63,542 nt of DNA, filler included, from Rhabdomonas costata (GCA_019059605.1; 55 parts of 55 records of this genome joined end to end with filler, not necessarily neighbours in it), one strand, 5' to 3'; positions 21,468 to 35,149 are shown, counted from the first letter of the whole stretch. Notes: generated by a model from the sequence alone, not told the origin. Numbers and translations: made by a program.

Positions 21468-23499
21468 GCGGATGGCGGGTTCATGCCGCAGGCCCACGAG
21501 ACTGTCCCTAATCCCCCTCCTGAGCCCCTGCGATGCAAAGGAGGTGCGGTCCTGGATGCTGTCTCGGAGGGGAGAGGGGCATCCAACCCATTGTGCTCTG
21601 CCAACTTTGGGGAAGTTGCTGGACCCTGTGCACCTTCTCATCCAATGGACCTGTTGACTGAGTGACGAATACCAAGCATTCCAAATCACGGTTACGGCAC
21701 AAACACTCACACTTTGGAATGACTGTCTTTTTTGCTATCGATACGGCACCTTCGATATTGACGATATGCAGCCCGACGTTCTTTCCGCGGCTTCCTTTTT
21801 AGATGTCCGTATTTTTTTTGAAGCCGACCTTAGAATTACATTCATTTCGTGCGTGGTATTGCAGGAAATGAATGTAATTCTAAGGTCGGCTTCAAAAAAA
21901 CANNNNNNNNNNNNNNNNNNNNNNNNNNNNNNNNNNNNNNNNNNNNTTAATTAATTAANNNNNNNNNNNNNNNNNNNNNNNNNNNNNNNNNNNNNNNNNN
22001 NNTGTTTTTTGGACAAAGGGCACGCCGAAAAAGACCTCTAAACGTTCACCGCCGTGATTTTTCACGGGGATGTGTTGGCTATGCAGACGAAAAGGGCGAC
22101 CTTTCACCCACTTTGAGCTCACTCCCCACATTACATGTTTGACATTTCACATTTCGGGAAATTGTGGGGTTTAGGTTTTTGATCAGAAGGATTTTTTGAT
22201 TTTCTGAGTTTCTCGCCGCGATTGGATCAGGCTCGGCGGAGATGCAAGCCATGCTTCTCGAACATGTTCGAGTCCAGAAGGAGCTTCTGGATCAACAGCA
22301 GGTGCGCCACCCACTTCGTTTTATCCTTTTTGTTCGTTGGTGTTCTCATTCGTTCCCTTCCTGGACGTCCGTTCGAACATATACATAACCACATTTTTTA
22401 TCACAGGAGTTCTGTGTGTCGTCATGGGTGCAACACTCTATGCTGTACTGGGTACTTGTGCGCATATATCCAAAATGCTCTGTATCAGCCCGCCAAGCGC
22501 CAAAGTACGGTTTTGACACAGACGCAAATGGACACAGGGTTCTGCGTGATTTGTTGCGTCTTCCTGCCTTCCTCCCTCACCCACGCGTAAACACTCTTCC
22601 TCCTTCCTCACCAAATCGTACCCCCCCCACACACACTCAGTATCACGAGCCCCTCTTAAATCTCGAAATCTGATCAGAGCCTCACCGCGTCCGAGATAGG
22701 CTGCTCCTGAGATAGTTTTTGACCATTATCGGTTGCCTTCCTTCTGTGCCCCCCCCACTTCCGGCGGCTTTTTCGTCTCCCCGGCGCTTCGTGCCTTTCT
22801 CGCGCTTCAAGGCCTAACCAACTGTGCGATGTCCTGGAACAATCACGCATCTTTAGCACACATTAACACTCATGAGGTCGTGGGGGATCAGCAAGCCCCG
22901 GATATAGGTAGAGTCCACATCTAACACCATCTCCACCTTTCACTTTGCCTTACTGCTTTTCCTTTGTCGCCTTTGCTCTCTTTCCGTTCTCTCTGGAAAC
23001 GTTGAAGCGAACCCCCATCCCCCTGCCTCCCGCTCAGAAATCCCCCCGTGGCCACAAAANNNNNNNNNNNNNNNNNNNNNNNNNNNNNNNNNNNNNNNNN
23101 NNNTTAATTAATTAANNNNNNNNNNNNNNNNNNNNNNNNNNNNNNNNNNNNNNNNNNNNGGGGTTTGTTGCCGAGGTGGAATTTGGGCTGGACCTACCTT
23201 AAATGCTAATCGGGGCATTGTTGCCTTCAGTTGGTCTCTTTTTCTGTGTCACATTTCACCGGTATTTCGAGCGCCACTTAGGGGGTGATTGTGCCCTTTC
23301 GATCTTTAATGGCCATTTTTTTTTGCTGTGGGCTTATGGTTATCCAGGAGCTGCAGAGCACTGATTGATTGCTGGGAAGACTGTGTTGTCGTATTGTGGT
23401 GGGGTAGGAGCCGTTCTCGCGAGTATGTGTGTGTGTTGTTGCGTATAATTCTTCCTTTTCGTCGGTCGGTCGAGAGACAGTGTGATATTCCATCCTCAG

Positions 23500-24211
23500 A
23501 TCAATCCCTTTGACAGTCCCGAGGCGAAGCCCTACAAGGACAACCCCGCGATCGTTGCCATGACCAGCCTCCTCGCCAGGTCCGTGCCTTACCCGCTTTC
23601 TTCTTGTTCGGGAAAAAGCTCAAATGAAAGCGACCGTGGATGTCTGGGTTGCTGAACAAACCTTCGAAGAGCTCTACCTGTGCTGCGGAATGGCAGTGCT
23701 GGGTTGCGGGCAACAGGAGCAAACCGCCTGAATTGCCGATGGTTCCCCAGTCATTGCCTCGGAGTTCTTTTCCTTGCTTACAGTAGGTTTTTGCTATATT
23801 CTTTACCATTTTCTTTCATTCAATTGCCCAATTGCCCAAACCCCGCCTGTCATTGCTTTCGTACACCTGCGCGCCAAAACGGAAAACGAAAGGTGGCAAC
23901 GCGTGAGAGTGGTGTGTATGTGGTCCAACTCGGACCCCAATCTCGTGTGTTCACGCTCCCTCCATCCTTCCCTCGCTGCTTCACGGGGCGGAGGGACTGA
24001 GTTCAGCTTATCTCACTGAAATGTCCAATGGATTGCTGTCTGCCCCTTCAGCTATGAGCAGAACCGGATCAAAGAGTTCGAGTCCATCCTACGGGTGCAC
24101 CACGGCTCGATTATGGGCGACCCCTTCATCCGGTTGTACATCGAGGACCTCCTGCGCACCATACGCACTCAGGTCCTGCTGGAGCTGATCAAGCCCTACA
24201 CCAGGATCACC
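23500..24211 (+). CDS. CSN2: COP9 signalosome subunit 2 (PCI domain), exons 23500-23579 and 24052 to contig end
   Basis: [79 protein letters not shown] closely matches CSN2. The phase-2 GT-AG intron is 23580-24051. Confidence 0.95.
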
Positions 24212-25938
24212 AACCCCNNNNNNNNNNNNNNNNNNNNNNNNNNNNNNNNNNNNNNNNNNNNTTAATTAATTAANNNNNNNNNNNNNNNNNNNNNNNNNNN
24301 NNNNNNNNNNNNNNNNNACCTGCGGGGTTGTTGGGGATCATTGCTGCTGAAGGCCTGCCCAGATGCCTGCCACTCCGGCCACCGGCTGGTCACCCGAACC
24401 CTCTTCACGTGCGACTGCAGCCATGCTGAACTTGTATGACGTGGGGTTTGTATGTGTCTGCTTTTGCCATTGCTCAAAGTTTTTGCTCACAGTTTTACAA
24501 CCCCCCGCAACCCCGTAAACTTGGTACCGGGTGTCCCACGAATTTTACTAGTGCATCCACTGGATTCTCTCGTAACCGAGCAGCGCCATACTGTGATGTG
24601 TGACGCGTACTTCTCTGTTGCTGGAGCAATGGGTTTTGGTTCACTGCCCCAAAACGCGGCAGTCTCGCTTGGCAACCTCGCCGTCCAAACGAATCTTAAA
24701 CTTTTCCGTCATGAGATTCAGAACCCCAGGCTGCACAACTTGTCGGCCATCCAGCGGCGGAAACGTTTGTCCACGTGTCTGAGCTTTTGTGCCAACTGAA
24801 CCGTGTACGCGAACGAAGTCTCAACTAACCATTTGTAGAACAGTTGCGCTGCTCACATCAACTCGGGCGCCAGCCGTTGCGGATGATTGCTCGTCGTTTC
24901 GTCCTCACTTCCGGGACAGCTGTCTTCAGTCTGCCACGTGTATGTGCTCTGGCATACACACTTCCGCTCTCCTAAAAACGAACTACCAGCTGTGTTATGG
25001 TGCTCGCAGTGGGGCCTCGGCGAAAGTTACACTTTTTTGCGTGAGTTCTGCACATGCAAACGCCCGCACGCCCACTTCTCTCACGCTCAGCGGACGTTCT
25101 CGTTTGTTTCACTGATGTCTCGATGTTGGGTTCTGATGAAGAGGAGGGCTTCTAGTCGGTAGGCATCGCATCGGTACCTCTGTGCCTCTGCACCCTCATC
25201 AATGGTTGCGATCCTTGGGTTTTGGGAAATCCATTACCCACGCATTTGATTGTTGGCATGCCCTCAGGATGATTTCCGGACCAGACCAGAGACCTAAGTA
25301 TGGCTTCAGTTCAAGATGGAGCTTCAGTACAAGTGGGCGGGTCTGCGAACTGGCCTATCATTCAAACCCAACAANNNNNNNNNNNNNNNNNNNNNNNNNN
25401 NNNNNNNNNNNNNNNNNNTTAATTAATTAANNNNNNNNNNNNNNNNNNNNNNNNNNNNNNNNNNNNNNNNNNNNAGAAATGCAGAGGACTTATTACCGCC
25501 GGGGTTAACAATCTCTTGTTGCCTTGTGGGTGTCTCCTCATTCACTGTCAACGCACACCAAATGCCAAGTGTGCAGGTGAGCGCGTCCTGACAACTGCCT
25601 CAATGCATCTCTCCCTCGGTGACGGGGGTCAAACCAAACAGAAAAAAAGGCCTGCATTCGCATTTTTGCCAAAATCTGGTTCGCAAATATTTCCCACCCC
25701 TCAAAGGGTAGAAAACGAGTAAATTGGGATCCTTGAAAAAGGGATGGCTTTGGTGCCTACGCTCTGCTGCGCAGCGCACTGGTCGAATGGCTTTTCTGGA
25801 TGGTCTTGGACAGGGGATGGAGCTGGAACTCCTTGTACAGCTGTTGCAGTTTTCACGCGTGACATTTTTTCGTACAGAGGGGTCGTGTGACGATGAGAGG
25901 TTGTTCTTGGCAGTGGTGCGGGTATCGGAGTAAGTCAC

Positions 25939-26016
25939 CTGGGCGGCCGTTGGGGCCTGCGTGGTGAGCACCCACAGCACGCACACCACTGCAGCAGGGG
26001 CACTGTTGCACAGCAC
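25939..26016 (-). CDS. Exon of a DUF92 (TMEM19/PGR-like) membrane protein
   Basis: AG/GT-bounded 78-nt exon VLCNSAPAAVVCVLWVLTT, resembling the QVLCNS/QVxxNG motif of DUF92 proteins. Confidence 0.4.
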
Positions 26017-29000
26017 CTGAGAAGGGGGAAATCCAGGCCGGGGTGGTGGGGGTCCCGACAGAAGGTGCACAGCACATGTGACGGGATGGTGGGGGAGAGT
26101 CAGGTTTCCTTTTTCTTACACGGCTTCGCTCCACCCAAGAAAAGCAGAATAACAGCAAAGCTCTGTCAGAAAACCTACGGGTTGAAAACACAGGAATATC
26201 ACACTGAAAGAAAGGTACCTAGGTTTTCTTCGTTGTTCACTGTCCTCTAAAGTTCCGGGCCACGGTGCAAAACGCTTCGCAGCGCTAAACAGATAACACC
26301 CGTATACAATTGTCCCAAAGTTCCAACACCGTGCATCCAGCACCCCACCAAGGCAGCGTGCATCGCCACAAGGGGCGGGGAGAAACCCGTGAACGGGGAG
26401 CCCACAACCACAGCACGCCGCAGCAGCCTTTGTCAGGGCATTAATATGGGTATGACCAGGTGCTAAACCTTCAACAGTTCTTGATAGCACAGCAGCATGC
26501 CAGCAAGAGGATGTTTTCAACCTGCACCANNNNNNNNNNNNNNNNNNNNNNNNNNNNNNNNNNNNNNNNNNNNTTAATTAATTAANNNNNNNNNNNNNNN
26601 NNNNNNNNNNNNNNNNNNNNNNNNNNNNNGGTGTGTGGTAAGCGCGGGTGTGTGAATGGAATTTTGCCAACGGATATTTCGACGCCTCCGTCTCCCACGG
26701 ACGCATTAGGGTGAAATATTCAACGTTAATATGGTTGATGGTGCGTGTGGACGCGACGCATACGCCGAGCCTGCCGAGGGCTTGCCGTATGTCTGCAGAA
26801 GAGCTCGCAGCAATTGCCCGTTAAGGTCGCGGGGCTCATTACCGCAAAGGTTTCCATACAATGGGCCCTCCGGAACACTGCCAGCCTCCTGCTCGCTGGT
26901 CATGTACAGCACGGCCCCAAAAAGGGAGGGGCGACGCAGGGGACGGGAGGGGGGAGATCAAGCCAGGAATCAAAACTCGTCACTGCGGGAAAATTCCGCA
27001 TGGGAAGCAACGAAGCACCCTTTCCTGAGCGTCGGGCCACACATCGCAAGGATAGGTGTGTCCGCTGCTCTTGAATTTAAGGTGGCTTTGCGTCACCAGA
27101 AGTAACATCAGAAACGGTAATCTCCCCAGGTAGCCGTCGTCCTTATCCCACAGTGCTAACAAGACCTTTGGGTAGGCGCGCACAGTTGAAGCGATGTGCA
27201 GGGGTCTCTGCCTGCCTCATTGGGTATAAAGACCTTACTGGGGGCTTGGGGTACCAGCCGGCGCGAAATTCCTCCAATTCCCTTTATGTATGCGGGTACT
27301 GTCGTTCAAACGAAAGGGGGAGGGATCCTGCCCGTAAGTTGAAAATCCCACAGAAAATACCCCACGGCGGTGTCTCTAACGTCGTCCCTGCGAAGGAAAG
27401 AAAGGTCAGGAAGTGGCTGGAGTGGTTGCTGGAGTGGTGGCACGAGTATAATGAGGCATTTGGGTCCGAGCCCTTTCAGAATTAACCCCTACGACATATA
27501 TGCCCACGGGACGACAAGGTCACTGAGCAGTGGGCACCAAAGACACAGTCACAGGAGACAAGCAATCGCAACTGTCAAGGCACATCCCCTAATCCAAGGG
27601 GCTGAACACTTCAGAGGAAGAGGAAGAGGTAAAAAAAAAGGGAAGAGAAGGAGGAAGGGGAAGGGGATAGTCGCCCACCACCCACCNNNNNNNNNNNNNN
27701 NNNNNNNNNNNNNNNNNNNNNNNNNNNNNNTTAATTAATTAANNNNNNNNNNNNNNNNNNNNNNNNNNNNNNNNNNNNNNNNNNNNGTGTGGTTTGCAAT
27801 CGCTAAAATGGTCAGCCTCTCCCTGCCTTCCCGGCTACTCCTGTCTGCAATGCTCGAAGCATTTTGTTTTCAGCCTTGGGCTAACATGGGGGAGGGGAAG
27901 GCGGAGTCCCTTTGACCAAAGAAGCCAAAATCTTTGCCTGAAGGAGCCTGATCCTTTGCAACAGTCCGTTGTTCTTTCATTCTCCATACGCACTCGTCTG
28001 GGAAAGTCCGACGAATCCTAAAATGGAGTCGCTACCCTCCTCCCCCCGTCAAGCAATCAAAGCGTTGTCTCACTTGAGGTGAACGAAATCGAGTTTTGCG
28101 CTCCACATAGCACTATGCTGTGGTGCTCAGATAAAGGTCTATGGCGGGTTTGATGGGGGATGCTTAGTCCCAGTTTGGAACCATTGAGGTAAACAAATTG
28201 ATGTGAGTAGACTCCAGTTGTTTTTGTATACTGTGAGAGTAAAAGTGTGTATTGCGGGGGAGGGGGGGCACTAGTTCATTGGAATGAGCTCGTGAACCTC
28301 AAAAAGAGACGAGCGAGCTTTCTTGGCTTTCGGTTCGGATGCTCAGGTCGGTTGAGGTTGTGCACCGCTGTTGTCGAATTCTTGTGTGCCCCTATTCGCT
28401 TCAGCGTGGAGGCCTCACTGCTGGAGGACGGCAGCCTGGACCTCGGAACCTCGGACTGGCTCGACCTCAGCCCGGGGCCGCTGACGTGTGCCTCCTTTCC
28501 TCCCCTGCGCCAACTAACTCTGCCCTTCTCTCCCATTGCCCCACGTCAACTTGGGTCGTTCACAGCGCTCTTCACAGCTTGCTGGTTTTTCTGGTTCCCT
28601 GGTTGGTCTTCGGTTCGATGGATTGGTGCGTTGACGCCACTAGCTATATTATGGCCCCGTGCCACCAAAAATGCCCCAAAAGATCGAGACAGCTGAAAGA
28701 GTTTTTTCACCACCCTTTTTCGCCTGCACCCAAAAAGATGTGATTTAGCGTGAACTTTTCGGCTGCGATTTTTTTGATTCGATGCGGTCAGTATATCGTT
28801 CCCCCCCCCCCTCCCGAAGTACCCCAAACTCTTAAACACCTCNNNNNNNNNNNNNNNNNNNNNNNNNNNNNNNNNNNNNNNNNNNNTTAATTAATTAANN
28901 NNNNNNNNNNNNNNNNNNNNNNNNNNNNNNNNNNNNNNNNNNTTTTGTTGGGAAAAAGGTTCTTGAGTTTTGATTCTGTACTACTGCTTCATGTTGCATG

Positions 29001-32000
29001 AGGTATTTTGTAAGTCACGGTCGCTCGAAACAAAATACCTCATGCAACATGAAGCAGTAGTACAGAATCAAAACTCAAGAACCTTTTTCTCAACAATCTC
29101 AATCTATTTTTCTTTTTCAAGAATCAAAACTGAAGAATACAGACAACGTCTGAGCGCCGGGTTATTAATTGCTACCTCTTCCAGACAAAGCCACGCTCTC
29201 TTTGTTCATCTTTCAAATTCCTTCCAAATGCACCATGGAGAGAGAGCTTCCATTTCCTTGCGACGACACATTCCATGATAAAAGTACAAGAGTATGATGG
29301 ATTCCCAACGAAAAATAATCGGAACAAGCCAAGCGCTTCAGGAGAAACGGGCGCCCTCCTCGAGGCCACCACACGCACACTGCCAACCCACATGGACCTT
29401 TTCAGCAGAGGCTTCAGCTCTGCGGCGGCGGTGTGGGCCCACTGCTGGGCAGCGAGCACAACTGGGGGTGAGGTCCGGCCCAAAGACTCCTTCCGCGCCC
29501 GCCTGGCGATGAGATGGGGGGGGGCGTCTACAGACGGACAACAAAACGCAAATCAGAGGTATACGTGGGATTATGAAACCCATTTCCCCTCTCCACAGAA
29601 GAAGAAACTGTCCCCTTGCCACCAGCGAGACTAACTCGTGCCCCACCCACAACAACCAGAGCTTCCCATGTGAAACCTGGGAGCCACCGGGTGCCCGGTC
29701 GGGTAGATACAATGCCTCAGTGCGAAGTGCGCGAGTCTTGTTCAGTAGGGAAGCTTAAGATGACTGCTAAGAATGGTCTTACACACACATTGCCGGAAGA
29801 ACGAACACTCACAACCACGTGACACCTTGGTATATTGCTGTCAAATGCGGATTTGTTTCACTGATGAGATTTCCATTTCTTCTTTTTCTCGCCGCACGTC
29901 CACGCTTGAGTGAAACGAAAGAGCAACCACCACAGAAAAAGACACCGGCGCACTCACCCCCAGTTGTGCTCGCTGCCCAGCAGTGGGCACACAAACCACN
30001 NNNNNNNNNNNNNNNNNNNNNNNNNNNNNNNNNNNNNNNNNNNTTAATTAATTAANNNNNNNNNNNNNNNNNNNNNNNNNNNNNNNNNNNNNNNNNNNNT
30101 TGTGTGTGGGCTGGATGCCCTTGACGGCATGCATATGAAGGTCCTTGGTTTTTTTTGGAGAGCATCAATTTGATCGCGGACGCATCTGTCCAGGCAGGAC
30201 TGCCAACAATCCTGTCGGAATTGGTTGAAAGCACTACGTGGACCTTGCCCCGATGGATTTTGTTTCTCGCCATTCACTTAAGTGCCCAGTGCCGTAACCT
30301 CCGTCTCCCAGGCCCACGGGATGCCTGCCCTGAGCCCCTATTTTTGCCCTGCCGCTGCCGAGATGCAACAAGCTGTCTCCAGTCTGTGCGACTGTGTTTT
30401 CCGTCCATAACTCCAGGCGCAATCCCTATGGTGGACAGTCTTCAACCAGACTGCCAAGGACCTGCTATGCGGACATTCCTCCACTTGTTTTTGAGGGTAG
30501 TCGGAAGAGTAGCATGCACAGCCTATTTCTCCAGCTCTTTAAAACCGCTGACTTAACTTTTGTAAAAATGCCTTCATCCAAAGCGAATGCGTGGGCATGA
30601 TTAGAGCGGCTACAGTAAGATCGTAGATCAGCCTGGGCGAACATTTCGTGTGCCGCCGCCTCGACCGATGGCGTGCTGGAAAAATAGCAAAGTTGTGGGC
30701 CGAGACGATGATGTACTGGAAAAAGCACGGGGCCCGAAGGCACAGAAGGCAGAGGTCTCCCGCGAAGCAGCAATGATGACGGTGCTGGTACAATGCGTAG
30801 AACGTGGACGTGCTGCCCGCGGCTGCCGGCTGCCACCTGCTGAACTCCAGGGGCCTCGTGGAGATCCGGCGAAATTTGAAAAAAGATCAACGCCATATCC
30901 ACTCGACTTCACGACTCGGCGGATCCCGAATGGGGTGCGACTGAGAGATGTCTTCTATGGGCGAGCGATACTGCGGTCGTGGAGAGTCGCCGGTTGCATG
31001 GAGGATGCTGACAGCATGCCAGCGCTTTCCGTCAAGACCGTTCTATTTGGAGCGGTTTCTATGTGGTTTCTGGAACGGGGCCTGTTGCCAACTGTGCGAT
31101 TAATCACAGCAGCTGTGACACTGTTCTCAAAACAAAACAATGAGTTTAAAACCAACNNNNNNNNNNNNNNNNNNNNNNNNNNNNNNNNNNNNNNNNNNNN
31201 TTAATTAATTAANNNNNNNNNNNNNNNNNNNNNNNNNNNNNNNNNNNNNNNNNNNNGGGTGCTGTCGTAAACCTTCCGCTTCTTGCCCACGCAGCGGAAG
31301 GTTTACGACAGCACCCACAACATATTTACATAAAACAAACCCACTCCAAACGGGGCCAGGCAACTGGCTCCTGGCCTCCGGAAGACCACAAACATTGTAT
31401 TACTCGTCGGAAGCTTCCGAGATTACGAGTGGTAAGCTTCGTGGAAAACAGATAAGTTTCAGCATCTTCATGAAGGTATTTTTGTATGATCTTGGAATCA
31501 CATCATAAATCCATCAAATTGAGCTGAGAAAAAGTTGTTGTTGGCGTGTGACCAACAACGGCAACAGACGGGTGCGCAAAACTTGACTATACTGAACCAA
31601 AAAATATTTAACAGGAATTAGCTACTTCTTACGAGAAAAATATGTGCTGACTCATGTGCCACGTGACGCTGGAAATTTATTAGGAATAAAGCGCTGACGC
31701 AAGCATACATCATATGACATTCTTTGTTCAATATGACTTCTTTTTCGTGACATTATTTAAGAAAATTCGGTTTGCACAAATTTTACATTGCGTTTCCTCT
31801 TAACAAAGTGCTTGTGACTTCCAGAAGTCAGACAGCTTTTGCAGATAACCCAGGGAACCCAGTGCCGCTGCACCATAGAAAGAAAAGTTAGATAGTGCTT
31901 TAAAGGGCAAAGCTAGAAAGAGGAATGGAAGACATGCCCGCCACTGTTTCTCGCTTCCCTTGCAGCTCCCCGCGAACCAACTCGTGACTTGTTGCAGATG

Positions 32001-32111
32001 GGCCCTCCCATTTATGACAAAATTTTTGGACTTTGCGACCAAAATAAACTCACCTCGGGGACACGTGTACCGCCCCTAAGCCCCTGCGAGGCCAAATAAA
32101 CTCACTTTAGG

Positions 32112-32313
32112 GACCCATTTTCGGAGACTGCAGTGCACTAGCACCTGGATCTTGGGCCACTCCGCTGCGCTCCGCGGCCAAAGACAACCCGGACAAGCAA
32201 AACTTAACTCGACCCAAGTTGACAGCATATAAAAGACCCATTTTCGGAGACTGCAGTGCACTAGCACCTGGATCTTGGGCCACTCCGCTGCGCTCCGCGG
32301 CCAAAGACAACCC
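32112..32313 (+). repeat. Direct repeat, 79 nt identical, period 123 nt; part of dispersed family C
   Basis: gacccattttcggagactgcagtgcac...ggccaaagacaaccc occurs at 32112-32190 and 32235-32313. The upstream motif at 32075-32099 recurs inverted at 52952-52976. Confidence 0.85.
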
Positions 32314-34050
32314 NNNNNNNNNNNNNNNNNNNNNNNNNNNNNNNNNNNNNNNNNNNNTTAATTAATTAANNNNNNNNNNNNNNNNNNNNNNNNNNNNNNN
32401 NNNNNNNNNNNNNCCAGCGATTCTTGCGACAATCGGGAAGGACTTAGATGTGGGTTGGTCTTACTCTTTATGTTCTTCATTGCTTTTTTTGCCATCAAAA
32501 GGCAGAGATTATGTTTAATGAAGAGGTGATAAAGTGAACTATACCCTTAACGTTCGTTTCCCTGACAAAAGAGGTTCGTATGTCATCTTATTGCAGTTCG
32601 TTATTATTTCGTGTTGGTCAACGGGTGGGCAGCTGATCGAGAATTAATAAGGAGGGGGGGGATTAAGAATAGAAACCAGTTCTATCGTCCGGGATTATCT
32701 CTTATCTTGCAGTTTTTCATAGCAGCGACAGCGATGATGGAGCTCAAGGAGCCAACAAATCATTCTATTAATTGTGTGGGGGGGTCAGGAAGTTGCTGTC
32801 CATTCCGTTGGATTCACCCACAACGGCAGAATGTTATTTTCCGACGGGCATGCAATTTAAGAGGTGCTGAAAGCGTAAAGTTGTCGACAAAAAAGGAAAT
32901 GAGGGAGAACGGTTATATACAATGTGCTTCGGCCATCTGCTGAGTGGGGCGTGTTGTCGCAGAAGACACCAGCTACAGTAAAAAAAAAGCCCCCGACATC
33001 TTCAATTCCTGTGACAACTCAGCATGACAAGCATTTCCTGTCAATGAGTGGAATTTGACCAAAAGATGACTAAAATAATTCGAACTGGGTTTTCTGTCTC
33101 TGCTGACTCGAAAAAAATGCACTCGTATGAGTGGTGGGCATCGAACAGGGGAACAGGGGGTAATGATGCAATAGTTCGACAACCCCAGGGCAGATCTCGG
33201 CCTCGACTGTTGGTTCGGTTGCGATGGAGGTGTCCAGGGACAAGGCTGTTCGGAAGTGAGGAGGCCAGCGAAACTGAGAAGCCCATGTTGACGAAGAGTA
33301 TGATTGCCCCCCAAAATCCAAACCAAAAAAGTATGTTTGTCCTGGAAAATGGGGCGACACCGAAATCGTCAACCTGCAAGCACGGGAGACCTTCAGGGAG
33401 ATAGCCACGCCTCCGAACTGTTCCCAGCCGGACAATGTGTGTCTGCTCCCAACATCTCTTCACCAACACANNNNNNNNNNNNNNNNNNNNNNNNNNNNNN
33501 NNNNNNNNNNNNNNTTAATTAATTAANNNNNNNNNNNNNNNNNNNNNNNNNNNNNNNNNNNNNNNNNNNNGGGGGTGTGTGGACCCGACCTCCTGCGCCA
33601 CCACTCATTTCCACATTCCTCACCCAAAGAGAGAAAGGGAGAGAGAGATGGATAAATTTGGCTCTGGTGGACCTAACCTCCACATATTCCTCACTCTAAG
33701 TTGCTGAAGTGGACGGGCGCTTTTTGACCTGCGGCCCCTTGCACAGCCCTCCACACCTCTTGCATGCTCCGCATACCGCTGCTCTTTCATTTGGCGTAAC
33801 GCATAGTCTGCTTCCTTTCATCGCATCTGGTGACTTGTGAATGACACGTTTTGATTCAAATCAGGCGTTTTTCAAACGTCAGTCTGCAATCGCATCTGCA
33901 TCCCGTGGCCTTTTTCTGTAATATCCTCAGTTTCTCAGCCCATTACCGCAGATCCCTACAAAACTCTGACCAAAGATTCAACAGCCTGCTCTCCACCCAT
34001 GCTATTTTGCTCCTGCTTGGACGTCATTGGTTGCTTTCCGGACATTCCAG

Positions 34051-34282
34051 GCCTGGGCCTACGCCAGCTTCCGGGTCCACAACCCCGCTATTTTCGAGGC
34101 GCTGGCCGTTCGCGCGGCCGATCCTCGGGTGCTGGCAGGTTTCACGGCCAGCCAGCTGAGCAACCTGGCGTGGGCCTTCGCCAGCCTAGGGGTCGGTAAC
34201 CGCACTCTGATGGCCTCCCTGGGAGACCGCGCGTTGGCCCCAGAGGTGCTGTCGGCATTCCAGCCCACCGAGCTGGCCAACG
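34051..34282 (+). CDS. Exon of an OPR/RAP-family helical-repeat RNA-binding protein
   Basis: AWAYASF...LAGFTASQLSNLAWAFASLG...LSAFQPTELAN contains the F.pq.LsN.aWAfA.L repeat signature, with CAG/GTATGG boundaries. Confidence 0.85.
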
Positions 34283-35149
34283 GTATGGATTTGGGAAAAG
34301 CAGCGCTGGGGCGGGGAGGTAGGGGAGCCGTTGAGTGCTTCTCTGCATTTCCAGAACCGTGGGGTGTGGGGATAGTTAGATGGAATGTTTCCGGGACACA
34401 GCAGCGTTGGTTTTTCCCGCGCAGCACATGGGTTCCAGCGACAGGTCCTCTGGGCGCGTCCATTTGCGGTGGACAGGAATTTGGTATCCGGCCATTGTAT
34501 GACTTCCGCGGACCCACCGCGACTTCACCGATCGGTGTCGAAGCAGGTCAGACTCATGCATTCTGCTGCATTGCACCGCAATGCTCCACGCAAAACTGTT
34601 AATAAGATTGCCCCCGCCCCAACACCCNNNNNNNNNNNNNNNNNNNNNNNNNNNNNNNNNNNNNNNNNNNNTTAATTAATTAANNNNNNNNNNNNNNNNN
34701 NNNNNNNNNNNNNNNNNNNNNNNNNNNTGTGGTTGGGCATGTAAGGAACAAGCTATGCCTCGATGGGATCGATGGCCATGGGGGCGTTTTCACCTCCGCT
34801 CTTCTTTGCGTGCGCGCTTCCAGCAAAAGAGCGGAAGTTCGTGGGCACGGTCCACCTACATAAAAGGAGCTTCCTGGTCATATTCCGTTTCATAATCTAC
34901 CTGCATGGGTGGTTCTCCAGGTCTCTGTGGTTTGGGCTGGTGTGGTTGGGCTGAATGGACCGCGGCGGCGGCGTGGGGCTGTGGGCTGCTGCTGCTGCTG
35001 CTGACGCTGTCTGGAAGGGCTCCTGGGGCTCTCGCTGCGGGTGTTGGATTGGAGTGTGTGGAACGCGGGACCACAAAGAAGAAACCGTATTCCGCAGGCG
35101 GCCTGCAATGATGGCGCTGGCTTTGTCAGCTCGTGACCTGGTTTGCCTT

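Noticed and set aside
22198-22216. Partial resemblance to the Euglena spliced leader (TTTCTGAGT)
   Set aside because: Only about 9 nt match, with no downstream GT donor or Sm site.
24560-24900. Possible Tc1/mariner transposase relic (…HITVWRC…) on the minus strand
   Set aside because: No DDE motif context is recognisable and there are multiple stops; too weak to call.
27160-27670. Possible non-LTR retroelement 3' end with an (AGAGGA)n tail
   Set aside because: No recognisable RT, zinc-finger or endonuclease motif, and no second copy in the window.
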